From Terriglobia bacterium (lineage in GTDB: Bacteria > Acidobacteriota > Terriglobia > JAJPHL01 > JAPKYU01), in contig CBDBKE010000004.1 in assembly GCA_965206645.1 (NCBI GenBank), forward strand, positions 224,001 to 288,000: a DNA stretch of 64,000 bases, written 5' to 3'. Of this stretch, positions 40,410 through 50,215 are shown piece after piece (position 1 is the stretch's first letter; each line of letters opens with the position of its first letter). The notes under the pieces were generated by a model. That model was not told where the DNA came from and did no database searches. It saw only the letters and a list, made by a program, of their open reading frames with translations. The translations under genes and the position numbers were made by a program.

Positions 40410-41146
40410 GCCAAGGGGAACTCACTTGTCGCGCCTGCACCAGCGAGGACGACTTTCGCCAGTGCGTGCAGGTGCAGAAAGGCGTGTGGGGCTATGCCGA
40501 CCCTGAGGTGGTTCCGGCCCGCCTGTTCGTGGTGGCGCGGAAAATCGGCGGTCAGGTCTTCGGGGCGTTTGCGCCAGGCACGCGGATGGTGGGCTTCTTG
40601 GTGGCGCTGCCGGGGATCCGCGGGGGCCAATCCTATTTACATTCCCACATGCTGGGGGTCTTGCCCGAGTACCAGAACCGTGGGGTGGGCCGCCAGCTCA
40701 AGCTGATGCAGCGCGACGACGCGCTGGCACACGGCATTCGCTCGGTAGAGTGGACCTTCGATCCGCTGGAGCTGAAAAACGCCTTCATCAATCTGGAGCG
40801 CCTGGGGGTGGTGGTGAGTCGCTACGTTCCCAACTTGTACGGCGCGAGCTCCTCGGCGCTTCAGGCAGGCTTGCCGACGGACCGGCTGGTGGCCGAATGG
40901 TGGGTGGACACACCGCGCGTGGCCCGGGTGCTCGGCGGTGGGCCGGCCAGTTGCGGCCCGGCGCTTCGCTTGCATGTGCCGCCAGAGATTGGGGAAATCA
41001 AGCGTGCGGACCGGGAGCGGGCGCTTGAAATTCAGCAGCGCCTCCGGTGCGAGTTCGAGAAGGCCTTCGCCGAAGGATGGGTCGTGACCGGCTTTGACCG
41101 GAACGGCGCGTATTTGTTGCAAAAGGGGGAAACAATTTCCCTGTAG
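40406..41146 (+). CDS. GNAT acyltransferase (OSBS/NAAAR-associated type)
   Basis: HSHMLGV, WTFDPL..NA..N..LG, PTDRLVAEW. Confidence 0.85.
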   Translation: MSQGELTCRACTSEDDFRQCVQVQKGVWGYADPEVVPARLFVVARKIGGQVFGAFAPGTRMVGFLVALPGIRGGQSYLHSHMLGVLPEYQNRGVGRQLKLMQRDDALAHGIRSVEWTFDPLELKNAFINLERLGVVVSRYVPNLYGASSSALQAGLPTDRLVAEWWVDTPRVARVLGGGPASCGPALRLHVPPEIGEIKRADRERALEIQQRLRCEFEKAFAEGWVVTGFDRNGAYLLQKGETISL

Positions 41147-41223
41147 CGCAAAAGCTCATCCAGCTGGCAGCGCTCTTAGACTAGAAGGCAGTTCGCGGAA
41201 CAGAGGAATCGGAGGGCAGCATC

Positions 41224-44200
41224 ATGAGAGCGGGCACTCGGGCGGCGCTTTTTCTTATCCTGATTCTTATCCGGGTCGCCGGCCTAGCTCACGTCATCAC
41301 ATACTTAGCACCCGGCGCGTCCGCAGCCAATTCCAGTCAAGCGCAAATCCGCCCTGTCGATGACAGCATCTTTCCTGATGAGTATCCCCAATTCCTGAAA
41401 GAGGGTTATGTCCTTTTACGGGAAGCGGAACAACTAAGACAGCTCGGCGCGAATGAACGGGAAATGGCCCTTAGAAACCAACCCGAAAAACGGGGAAGTA
41501 TTCTTCGCGGGATGGTTGAGAAAGAAGAACTGAAAACCGAACCACTCTACACTTTCGTTCGAGCGCAGGTGGGTGAGACCGGTTTTGAAGCATTCCTGCA
41601 GCGTTATGGAATTGACCCCGGCAACCAAGACGATATTGAACTGGAGATCCTGGCACAGATTGACAGGATGCGCCGGAGGGAAAGCTACTACAGGTTTGTC
41701 CGGAAATTTAGCGACGCGACCGCTGGCCGCGCAGACAGAGTTGAGTTAGTCAAAGCAAGCATGGCTCCCCACGAACTGGAGTATGCGCTTCGACACTGCG
41801 AAGAGGAAGAGTTTGACACCCTCCGGGACACTATCGTGTCCAGAAACGGCTTTGGACCGCAGACGTCGCAGGATAGGGATTTGCTCCGTGCTCTTGAAGA
41901 AAAGCGCCGTGCAGCCTTAATCAACACGGACGAAGGCGCCGCAACCAAGTGGCGTGCCGTCATCGCGCAACTGGTCTCGCAGCCGGCGGGAAGAGCAGGT
42001 CGGCGCCTGCCATTCAGTAAACCGGAAATGTTTGCCATGATGCGCAACGCGGAGAGGACGCTCGAGCAGAGAAAGCGCCCATTTGTCGTTGTCACTGACC
42101 CTGCTGAGCTGGGCAATGAATCAGCCGCCGAGGCAGCTGAAATTATCCAGACGCTGGGTGTTGCATGTGAATCGCCTCAGACGCAGCCGCTCATTGCCTA
42201 TGCTTTCCTGGATCGTGACCTGGCTGGTGATTTGAAGAGATTGAATCGAGTCTATGGGGACATCCTTTCTAACGAAGATAGCACTCAAACCAAAGCTACA
42301 AAAACGTCCCTTCGTAAGAAAAAGGAACTTCTCGAGTCGCTCGAGAACGCCGCCTGTCAGCGCATCAAGACGGAGCTTGAAGCCTCGAGAAAGATGGTTT
42401 TGAAGCTGGTGCGAACCATACTAGCCGGTCGCGGCCAACCTTACCGGTTTCCCTTTATCCGGGGAGTCATTCTTTTCAAAGGCAATCAAGGTCACCTGGC
42501 ATATCGTTTCGTTGAAGACTTTCCCATGATTGTGGCTGGAGAGACGTACCCCTATCAGTGGAAACATGACAACGAGGTTAATATCGCCCTGCTTCTTGCC
42601 AATGTGGATCCATATGAGGCGGCCCAGGCAGTGCGGTTTATCATTTATCACGGTATGTGGAGGAGTGAAGAAGCAAAAAGCCTCGGCCTCTACGGGTGGC
42701 TGTCTCAGATCATTTTCGGGGATAGGCAAACGGGGAGATTACCCGAATTCAGGAACAAAATATATTACTACTTTCCAGATTTCCGATTCCGACCGACCGG
42801 AAAGATAGATTCGGAAAAAGAGCGTAATCGGACTAGCGAGATCATGCAACTGCCGTTTTTTGCTTGGACAGTGTGGCGTGTGTATGAGGAGTTGACGAAG
42901 ATTCATGAGCAGCACGGTGTGTCCTTTCTCAACGAGGTTTACCCTTATGTTCGGGCAAATACGGAGGCAATTCGCACGGGATTAGATCCCTATGACGAAG
43001 CGGTTCTTTCCGGACGAGACGCCTGGGTGAACGGCATGGACAACGCTTGGTACCATCTCATGGTGATGATGAGGCATCTTCCTGACCGCCTTATTCCTGA
43101 CTGGGCGATGGAGGTAGTGGAAAAGAATCGAGTGGACAATCGTGTTAATAAAAAGCCTGGGAACCCCGTGGATCCGAAACTCGCGAGAGGCCGACCCAGT
43201 AAGTACTACTACGCGTCGAAGATCGTGTTCTACAGCATTATCAAGGAACTGGAGCTGGAACCGGTGGCCGTTTACAACGCAAGCCCCTACAACGCCAAAG
43301 ATGTTGCACTCACGGCGGTGATGGCGCGCAGTCTAGAAGCACAAATCGCCATGGCAAAGGTACTGAGAAGCACGGATACGAACGTGCTCCGCGTAAGCGC
43401 GATGAGAGGGCGCAAGAATGAAATTGTGGGCACCTGGAATGACGAGATTGTCCGCTACCAGGCCTATTTGGATCGGGTGAAGAAGGCAATGAACGAGCAT
43501 CTCTGGGAGCCGCAGGATAAGACGTACTACAACCGTGATGTAACGCGAATGTTTCGAAGCGTCGTGGAACAGCAATTCTGCCGACCTGGTGTCAGGAAGC
43601 AAGGTCAAATTCTTTGTGAGCCTAGAATGAAATATTGGAATTGTGAAGTGGCCAACCAGGGAAGGGGACATTGCGCGCTAACCGAAGAGGCTCGCGAATC
43701 TGTAGAGCTTGATGAGCGGCTAGTTTCGGTTGGCCTCGATTCAAATGGGACGATCCAGTATGAATACAAATTTACCCCGCAGTATTGGACATGGGTCGCG
43801 GGTAAGCACGGCAGTGGGCGTTATCGGTTGAATGTGCGACCAGGAGATCCTTTCATAGTCGAACAATTTAGCCGCCCCAACAAGGACGAAGCGGGACACC
43901 TCTGGTATGAACCGAAGGGGGATTACTGGACGTGCCTGGAGGATCAAGAAGGAGCTAGGCACTGTGAGCTGAATGAGCGGGCTAAGAGGCTTATGGAAAA
44001 AGGCGCCCGCAGGATTGAAGAGGGTGACGTGCTTCGTTCGCCCGCCATTGCTGGCTTCTTCCCGATGTTCGGTCATATTCCCAGCGCAGAAAGAGCCTCT
44101 CAGCTAGCATTGCAATTGGTTAACCCGTGGATGTGGTGGCCAGTGAATGGGATTCCGATTCCCACCCAGCCCATGATGATACAGAACGCTGACGGTCAGT

Positions 44201-44529
44201 ATGTTTCAAATCGGGTCTACGATCCGGACAGATACTGGCTCGGACCAGCATGGATGGCGTCAACAAAACCTGTAATGGATGGATTTTACTCCTACGGTTA
44301 TCAAATGCCCTATCTGTACATTGTGCAGCGTGCCGTTGGAACGCTACAAGACGGGAGAGCAGTGGAACACTGGAATCCAGAAACTGGTGGGGTGAATACG
44401 TCCAATGTAAATTTTCCATGGGCGGCCTCCTGCATGGCTGGATCAATTTGGGGAGAGTTGACAAAAGAGGAACAGGTCGAATACTTGCGGCGATTCCACC
44501 CCGGCCAGTTTGCGCAAAGCGGATTTTGA
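41224..44529 (+). CDS. large secreted protein with GH63/MGH1-like (alpha/alpha)6 hydrolase domain
   Basis: YQWKHD, QLP..AW.VW, GMDN, LW......YY..D, YW.GP.W, EHWNPETG..FPWAA; 1101 aa, lower GC than flanks. Confidence 0.6.
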   Translation: MRAGTRAALFLILILIRVAGLAHVITYLAPGASAANSSQAQIRPVDDSIFPDEYPQFLKEGYVLLREAEQLRQLGANEREMALRNQPEKRGSILRGMVEKEELKTEPLYTFVRAQVGETGFEAFLQRYGIDPGNQDDIELEILAQIDRMRRRESYYRFVRKFSDATAGRADRVELVKASMAPHELEYALRHCEEEEFDTLRDTIVSRNGFGPQTSQDRDLLRALEEKRRAALINTDEGAATKWRAVIAQLVSQPAGRAGRRLPFSKPEMFAMMRNAERTLEQRKRPFVVVTDPAELGNESAAEAAEIIQTLGVACESPQTQPLIAYAFLDRDLAGDLKRLNRVYGDILSNEDSTQTKATKTSLRKKKELLESLENAACQRIKTELEASRKMVLKLVRTILAGRGQPYRFPFIRGVILFKGNQGHLAYRFVEDFPMIVAGETYPYQWKHDNEVNIALLLANVDPYEAAQAVRFIIYHGMWRSEEAKSLGLYGWLSQIIFGDRQTGRLPEFRNKIYYYFPDFRFRPTGKIDSEKERNRTSEIMQLPFFAWTVWRVYEELTKIHEQHGVSFLNEVYPYVRANTEAIRTGLDPYDEAVLSGRDAWVNGMDNAWYHLMVMMRHLPDRLIPDWAMEVVEKNRVDNRVNKKPGNPVDPKLARGRPSKYYYASKIVFYSIIKELELEPVAVYNASPYNAKDVALTAVMARSLEAQIAMAKVLRSTDTNVLRVSAMRGRKNEIVGTWNDEIVRYQAYLDRVKKAMNEHLWEPQDKTYYNRDVTRMFRSVVEQQFCRPGVRKQGQILCEPRMKYWNCEVANQGRGHCALTEEARESVELDERLVSVGLDSNGTIQYEYKFTPQYWTWVAGKHGSGRYRLNVRPGDPFIVEQFSRPNKDEAGHLWYEPKGDYWTCLEDQEGARHCELNERAKRLMEKGARRIEEGDVLRSPAIAGFFPMFGHIPSAERASQLALQLVNPWMWWPVNGIPIPTQPMMIQNADGQYVSNRVYDPDRYWLGPAWMASTKPVMDGFYSYGYQMPYLYIVQRAVGTLQDGRAVEHWNPETGGVNTSNVNFPWAASCMAGSIWGELTKEEQVEYLRRFHPGQFAQSGF

Positions 44530-44592
44530 ACACGATCTCCAATCTTACGGACAGCCACTGGGACATCTCCAAGCAGCGCAGAAACCCTCGTC

Positions 44593-45699
44593 ATGAAACT
44601 TGAAGGAATTGTGCTTCGCGAAATCCGCATGCCGCTGGTTTCCTTCTTTGAAACCAGCTTTGGGCGCACCACGGATCGGCGGATTGTGCTGGTCGAGGTG
44701 CAGGCCGCAGGCGGTTCGGGCTGGGGCGAAGTGACGGCGCCGAGGCATCCGCTGTACAACGAGGAGACCACCGAGACCGCTTGGCACATCCTGCGAGACT
44801 ATGTTGCGCCGTGCCTGCTCGGTCGCCCGCTGGGGTGCGCCGGGGAGATCAGCAGTTTGCTTGGACACATCCGCGGCCACAACATGGCCAAAGCAGGAGT
44901 GGAAGCGGCCGCTTGGGAGCTGGAGGCGCGCATGAACGGCCGGCCCTTGTGGCAGCACATCGGCGGCCGGCACCAGGAGATTCCGTGCGGGGTCTCCATC
45001 GGCATTCAGAATACAGTGGAGGAGTTGCTGGAGCGCATCCAGCGCGAACTGGATGCCGGCTACCAGCGCATCAAGATCAAGATCAAGCCGGGATGGGACG
45101 TGGATGTGGTGGCTCAGGTACGAGAGCGGTTTCCTGCCATTCGCTTGATGGTGGATGCCAATTCGGCGTATACGCTGGCCGACGCCGACCATCTAAAGCG
45201 GCTGGACGATTACTATCTGATGATGGTCGAGCAGCCTCTGGCCTACTACGACCTTCTGGACCACGCCCGGCTGCAACAGCGTTTGCAGACGCCGATCTGT
45301 CTGGACGAGTCCATCCGAAACCTCAGGCTGGCAGAGCAGGCCATCGAGCTGGGCGCGGCACGCATTGTGAACATCAAGCTGGGCCGGGTTGGCGGCTTTG
45401 CCGAGGCGCGCCGCATTCACGACGCAGCGCAGGCGGCCGGCGTGCCGGTCTGGTGCGGGGGCATGCTGGAGTCGGGTATCGGCCGCGCGCACAACATCGC
45501 CCTCTCGACTCTGGAGAACTTCGTGCTGCCAGGCGACGTCTCGGCCAGCCAGCGCTATTGGTCGCGCGACATCATCGTCCCGCCGGTGGAGGTGACCCCG
45601 CGCGGGACCATCCTGGCGAGGGAGGCTCCCGGGCTGGGCTTCGAGCTGGATTGGGACTACATCGAAGCGCTCACTGCCAGAAAAGAGGAACTTCGCTGA
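44593..45699 (+). CDS. menC: o-succinylbenzoate synthase / N-acylamino acid racemase (enolase superfamily)
   Basis: FETSFG, KIKIKPG, VDANSAY, EQPL, CLDES, NIK.GRVGG, WCGGMLE, GDVSAS. Confidence 0.88.
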   Translation: MKLEGIVLREIRMPLVSFFETSFGRTTDRRIVLVEVQAAGGSGWGEVTAPRHPLYNEETTETAWHILRDYVAPCLLGRPLGCAGEISSLLGHIRGHNMAKAGVEAAAWELEARMNGRPLWQHIGGRHQEIPCGVSIGIQNTVEELLERIQRELDAGYQRIKIKIKPGWDVDVVAQVRERFPAIRLMVDANSAYTLADADHLKRLDDYYLMMVEQPLAYYDLLDHARLQQRLQTPICLDESIRNLRLAEQAIELGAARIVNIKLGRVGGFAEARRIHDAAQAAGVPVWCGGMLESGIGRAHNIALSTLENFVLPGDVSASQRYWSRDIIVPPVEVTPRGTILAREAPGLGFELDWDYIEALTARKEELR

Positions 45700-46646
45700 A
45701 GCACCACGGGATTCTCCCCGCGCCCGAGGAAGTGCGGCCGGCGGTGCTGGAAGCGGAGCACCGCCCGCCACCAATTTCTCGCCTCCGCCTCTACCTACTT
45801 CTCGGCCTGATGGTCCTGCTATGGTCGGGCAACTTCGTCATCGGCAAGCTTGCCGTGCGCGAGTTTCCCATCCTGACTCTGGGTGGGTTGCGCATCATGC
45901 TGGCGGCCTTTTTCCTGGTGACCTACTTTGCCGCCCGGCGTGGCGTGGCTGGGTTCCAGGCACTACGCCGCGAATGGAAGCTGCTGGGCGTGCTGACTCT
46001 GTTTGGGATTGTCTTCAACCAGCTATTCTTCATAGCTGGGTTGAAGCACACCAGCGTAGCGCATTCCTCGCTGATTATTTGCTTCAGCCCGGTGTTCGTG
46101 CTGATCATCGCACGCCTCCACGGGCTGGAGAAGTTCACTGCGCTGAAGATCGCAGGGCTGGCCATCTCGATGGTCGGGGTGGCGGTGCTGGCTGGAGAGC
46201 AGCAGCCGGGGCGCGGGCCCACGCTGCTTGGTGACCTGTTAACCTTAACCGCTGGGCTGGCTTTCGCCTGCTACGTCGTACTCGGCAAGGAACTCACCCC
46301 CCGCTTTGACGCGCTTTCGCTGACCACCTTCATCTATTCACTGGGGACCTTGATTTTCCTTCCGATCACAGTCGGCAGCCTGATCGTCGGTGGTGTCCCA
46401 GCGGCCAGCAGCACGGCGTGGCTAGCGCTGGCGTACATGGCTGTCTGCGGTTCAGTGGTTTCCTACCTGATTTTTTACTACGCGCTACGCTTCATTTCCG
46501 CCACTCGCATGGCGGCCTTGGCCTATCTGCAACCGGTGGTTGCCATCCCGCTGGGGTTGGTTCTGCTTGAAGAACCGGTAACGGGTCATCTGTTGGTGGG
46601 CGCCGCCGTGGTTTTTCTTGGAGTTTACCTCATCGAAAGGGGCTAG
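45696..46646 (+). CDS. EamA/DMT family transporter
   Basis: LWSGNF..GK, about 10 TM helices, YLQPV; start uncertain (CTG 45696 or GTG 45732). Confidence 0.85.
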   Translation: MKHHGILPAPEEVRPAVLEAEHRPPPISRLRLYLLLGLMVLLWSGNFVIGKLAVREFPILTLGGLRIMLAAFFLVTYFAARRGVAGFQALRREWKLLGVLTLFGIVFNQLFFIAGLKHTSVAHSSLIICFSPVFVLIIARLHGLEKFTALKIAGLAISMVGVAVLAGEQQPGRGPTLLGDLLTLTAGLAFACYVVLGKELTPRFDALSLTTFIYSLGTLIFLPITVGSLIVGGVPAASSTAWLALAYMAVCGSVVSYLIFYYALRFISATRMAALAYLQPVVAIPLGLVLLEEPVTGHLLVGAAVVFLGVYLIERG

Positions 46647-46814
46647 CCTGGAAGGTACAGAGGCTTGCCGGTAGGCGCGTCTTAGCGGTTACGGCCGGCT
46701 TCTTTCCCTGAAGCAGACGAGTTGATCTGTGGTAGCCTAAATTATCGAGTTGGCGCGGTCAGGGAACTGCAACAGAGTGGGTTTTTATCAATCTCAACCC
46801 CTGCAGGTGTGACC

Positions 46815-48167
46815 ATGTGGAGAATCACGAGGCCTGCCGTCCTGGCGGCGGTGCTGTTACTGTACGGTCTGCCTTTGTTCGGGCGGCCGGAATTTCTGCT
46901 GCGCTACGCTAGCGACCCGTTCTCGCGCCCGGAGCTGCGCGGTTCTTGTGGCACCTGCCACGTCAATCCGGAGGGCAGCGGGCCGCGCAATGCCTTTGGT
47001 CGGGCGTTCGACCGCAACGACCATCGGGTCACGCCGGCGTTTCGCCTGCAGTGGCCCGACCACTTCCTGCAGAATATTAGCGCTGAAGTTCCCGGTCCCC
47101 AAGAAGCACCCCTGAAAGCCACCTGGGCGGCCGGGAAGGACGAGGAGGTCCTGGTGGAAATCGGTGGCGAACAGTACCTGCTGAACCGCGCTGAAGGCAG
47201 CGTCAAGAAGGTGGATGCAGCCGAGGTGCAGGCTTTCCGCACGCCGCCGCCGGTGCCTCCGCGCGCCGCGGAGCCGGAGGAAGTCCTGGAACCCCAGCCT
47301 ACCTTGGAGTACTACCTGGTGAACCTGCCGACCAACCGGGTGCGACCGCCGCGCAGCCTTCACCTGCGCTTCTCTCACCGCTTCGATGATCCGACGTTCA
47401 AGGGGCCGGACCGCCTTGGCAACCTGTTCGGTTTCGACAGCTTCTCCATTTCCTCCTTTGGTATCGAGGTGGGTTTGCTGCGGCGCGTCTCGTTCGTCAC
47501 CTACCGCAGCCCCATTCCGCGCAGGCTCGGCGGTCCGACCATTGAGCTGGGTCCGGTCTTCCATCTGCTGCAACAAGGCCAGCGAGTCCCCGTGTCGTTC
47601 TCCTTCCGCGCCACCGTTGAGGGAGAGGACAACTTTAGCGAGCGCTTTACGACCAACCTGGTTCCAGTGATTTCGCGCTCCATCGGCAACGTGGCTGAGC
47701 TATTCGTGGTGCCCATCTTCAACCTCGGGGTGCCACGGCGCACGCTGAACTCGGTTTTGCCCCCCGGGAAATTCGGACCCGGCCTGATCCCCGGGGACCG
47801 CCGCGACCTGACCCCGGGAGAACTCCGCGATCACATGGTCTCGGTTGGCCTGGGCGCCAGCATCCGGATTTGCCCTCGCACGGCGCTGATTGTCGAGTGG
47901 CGCCCTCGGGTGGCCGGCTTCCGCAGGCTGGGCTCGCGCAACACGTTTGCCTTCGGCATTCAGCGCAGCACCAACCGGCACGTGTTCGGGCTCACCCTTT
48001 CCAACACCCAGTCCACCACCACCACCACCACCACCACCACCACCACCACCACCACCACCACCACCACCACCACCACCACCACCACCACCACCACCACCAC
48101 CCGCTCGCTCACCGACGGGCTGGACGATCTCCGGATTGGGTTCAACCTGTACCGAAGGTTATGGTAG
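46815..48167 (+). CDS. DUF5777-like outer-membrane beta-barrel with N-terminal CxxCH
   Basis: signal peptide, CGTCH..G.GPRNAFG, LVNLPT, RFSHRF, HVF, terminal IGFNLYRRLW. Confidence 0.7.
   Translation: MWRITRPAVLAAVLLLYGLPLFGRPEFLLRYASDPFSRPELRGSCGTCHVNPEGSGPRNAFGRAFDRNDHRVTPAFRLQWPDHFLQNISAEVPGPQEAPLKATWAAGKDEEVLVEIGGEQYLLNRAEGSVKKVDAAEVQAFRTPPPVPPRAAEPEEVLEPQPTLEYYLVNLPTNRVRPPRSLHLRFSHRFDDPTFKGPDRLGNLFGFDSFSISSFGIEVGLLRRVSFVTYRSPIPRRLGGPTIELGPVFHLLQQGQRVPVSFSFRATVEGEDNFSERFTTNLVPVISRSIGNVAELFVVPIFNLGVPRRTLNSVLPPGKFGPGLIPGDRRDLTPGELRDHMVSVGLGASIRICPRTALIVEWRPRVAGFRRLGSRNTFAFGIQRSTNRHVFGLTLSNTQSTTTTTTTTTTTTTTTTTTTTTTTTTTTTTRSLTDGLDDLRIGFNLYRRLW
48015..48101 (+). repeat. (ACC)29 trinucleotide microsatellite (poly-Thr)
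   Basis: 87-nt perfect ACC run in frame in the beta-barrel gene. Confidence 0.95.
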
Positions 48168-48516
48168 TCGAGCGTTCCTAGCGGGCACCGGTCCCGAGGT
48201 TGGGGGGCCCGCTCAGGCTTACTAGAAAAAGCAGCAACACCAGGAGCGCGAGGATGAGGACCAATACCATGAAGACACCTATGCCAGGAAGCTATGGTTC
48301 GGGGGCGAACCATAGACCCGGCTATTACGTGTAGAGTTGAGCAATTGGCTGGCCAAGATGTGCGTCCCGCTTTTTCAAGGCGTTAGCAATCCTGGTGGAT
48401 TTCTCCGCTAGGCTCCTTTGACACACCAGGAAACGAAATTCCCCATCTGATTCAAGGTTGTGGAAAAGATGTAACTATCTCGACCGATTCGGGTTATTAT
48501 TTTCTGAAAGTTGGCT

Positions 48517-49314
48517 ATGAGGAGACTTATTCTGTCCTTGATGGCCCTGTCCTTGATGATGTTGTTGCTGGCTGTTCCCGTGTGGGCGCAGGAGGCAGCT
48601 TCACTGACCCAGCAGGAGCCGAAGCCGACCACCTATACGGTGGCGACCGGCACACGCATTCCCTTGCTGCTGATCAACAGCATCAGCACGCGCAACGCCC
48701 AAGAGGGCGATCGGGTGTACCTGGAGACAGGCTTCCCCATTGTGGTGGATCGGAAGATTGTCATCCCTCCGGGCAGCTATGTGCTCGGGACCGTTACCCA
48801 GGTGAAACGACCCGGACGAGTGAAGGGGCGCGGAGAGCTCTACGTCCGCTTTGACACCCTGACACTGCCCAATGGCGTGACCCGGGATTTTCGCGGACGG
48901 GTGGGTTCGGTCGAGGCGGGTATCGGCGAGACGCTGGAGAAGAAGGAAGGCAAGATCGAAAGCGAATCCTCCAAGGGGGCCGACGCGGGCACGATCGCCA
49001 GCACAACTGCGACAGGAGCCAGCATTGGTGCCATCACCGGTTCGGCCACCGGACGCCCCGGTCTGGGCACCGGTATCGGGGCCGCCGCCGGAGCGGCAGC
49101 CGGGCTGGTTGCGGTGCTGCTGACCCGCGGCCGCGAGGTACTGCTGCTGCGGGGCACCCAACTGGATATGGTGCTGGACCGTGAGCTGGTATTTACCGAG
49201 AAAGAAGTGAGCTTTGAGGGACCCCAGTTTCGGAGTAGCGTTCCGGCAGCTTCAGCGCCCGCCAACAGACAGGAACGCTCCCGCGGCCTCCCGCTCCCCT
49301 TTCCCCGCTTCTGA
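48517..49314 (+). CDS. secreted TrbI/VirB10-like protein with glycine zipper
   Basis: signal peptide, GT.I.L.L...IST..A..GD, GRVKGR.EL, GA.IG..AGA, LLTRG. Confidence 0.65.
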   Translation: MRRLILSLMALSLMMLLLAVPVWAQEAASLTQQEPKPTTYTVATGTRIPLLLINSISTRNAQEGDRVYLETGFPIVVDRKIVIPPGSYVLGTVTQVKRPGRVKGRGELYVRFDTLTLPNGVTRDFRGRVGSVEAGIGETLEKKEGKIESESSKGADAGTIASTTATGASIGAITGSATGRPGLGTGIGAAAGAAAGLVAVLLTRGREVLLLRGTQLDMVLDRELVFTEKEVSFEGPQFRSSVPAASAPANRQERSRGLPLPFPRF

Positions 49315-49507
49315 CCGCAGCCTTCGTGGCACGGGTCCGCAAGCTCATCAGGACATCCGGCGGGTCTTCTCTATGTAACTGGTCTGTGTAACTGAATCTT
49401 CTGCAGCTCAATCGCAGAATCCAAAAGCGAAGGGCAGAATCGCCCGGTCGGGTTTCCCCGACGGGAGCGTGCTGTTATACTAGGTAACTGAACCAGAGGA
49501 GGTTTGG

Positions 49508-49651
49508 TTGCTGTCGCTTAGTTGCCCTGCGTTGTCTCTGAGTTTTCTGTTTCTGGACGGCCTGACCCTGGTGTGCCTGGTGGGGACTATCCTGTTGTTC
49601 GGTGTATTCGGGTTTCTGTTCATCGTGGAGAGAAAGATGAACAAGCAATAA
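49508..49651 (+). CDS. small membrane protein (47 aa)
   Basis: GAGGAGG RBS, TTG start, hydrophobic helix, basic C-terminus ERKMNKQ; TGTTATACT extended -10 at 49473-49481. Confidence 0.5.
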   Translation: MLSLSCPALSLSFLFLDGLTLVCLVGTILLFGVFGFLFIVERKMNKQ

Positions 49652-49677
49652 CCGGCGCGTTTCAGGAGAACTTGACT

Positions 49678-50169
49678 TTGGCACAGAAGAAAGCTCGTTC
49701 CGCCCCTGGCGCCTCACGGCGGTGGATCACTTCGGCTGTGGCGGCTGTGGCACTGCTGGTGGGTGCTGGGAGCTACCTGGCCGTTCGATCCTTGCGGCCG
49801 CCTGCGGCGCCTGCGCCCGCCAAGCCGCAGGCTAAGGCACAGAGCAGTCTGGGCGCGAAGGTGATTCTGCCGGCCGTTCCCCGACGGCCCCGCCCCGTGG
49901 CGCTGCCGCCCGAGCAATTCGCCGACCCGATGATCCGCAAGTCCTACGAAGTGGCCCGCAACAATCCGCAATTGCTGGAGCGGATGCCCTGTTACTGCGG
50001 CTGCTATATCAGTCCCGGACACGGCAATAACCTGGATTGCTTTGTGGACAGGCACGGTGAGACTTGAATACTGTGTCGCGTGATTGCGCTGGAAGCGCAA
50101 CAACTGCAGAACCAGGGGATGCCGATCCCCCAGATCAAGAAAACCATAGACGAGAAGTACGCGCGCTAG
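49678..50169 (+). CDS. PCYCGC-motif protein, probable selenoprotein (Sec at TGA 50065)
   Basis: MPCYCGC..GH.NNLDCF..HGET-[TGA]-ILC..IA...IKKTIDEKY; family-like C-terminus continues past the TGA; SECIS-like hairpin follows. Confidence 0.82.
50068..50110 (+). promoter_or_regulatory. putative bacterial SECIS element
   Basis: TTGCGC-TGGAA-GCGCAA (50084-50100) with G in the apical loop ~24 nt after the UGA; possible lower stem CTGTG/TGCAG. Confidence 0.65.
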
Positions 50170-50215
50170 GGGCCGGACTGGCGCAAACGGCCATGCCTCC
50201 GCCCGGCTTGCGGGT

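Noticed and set aside
44781-45695. 621-aa fusion with the EamA transporter
   Set aside because: The first ~305 codons are an off-frame shadow of menC; only the C-terminal part is transporter-like
47870-48313. Poly-His, poly-Pro and poly-Val ORFs
   Set aside because: Alternative-frame readings of the ACC microsatellite inside the beta-barrel gene
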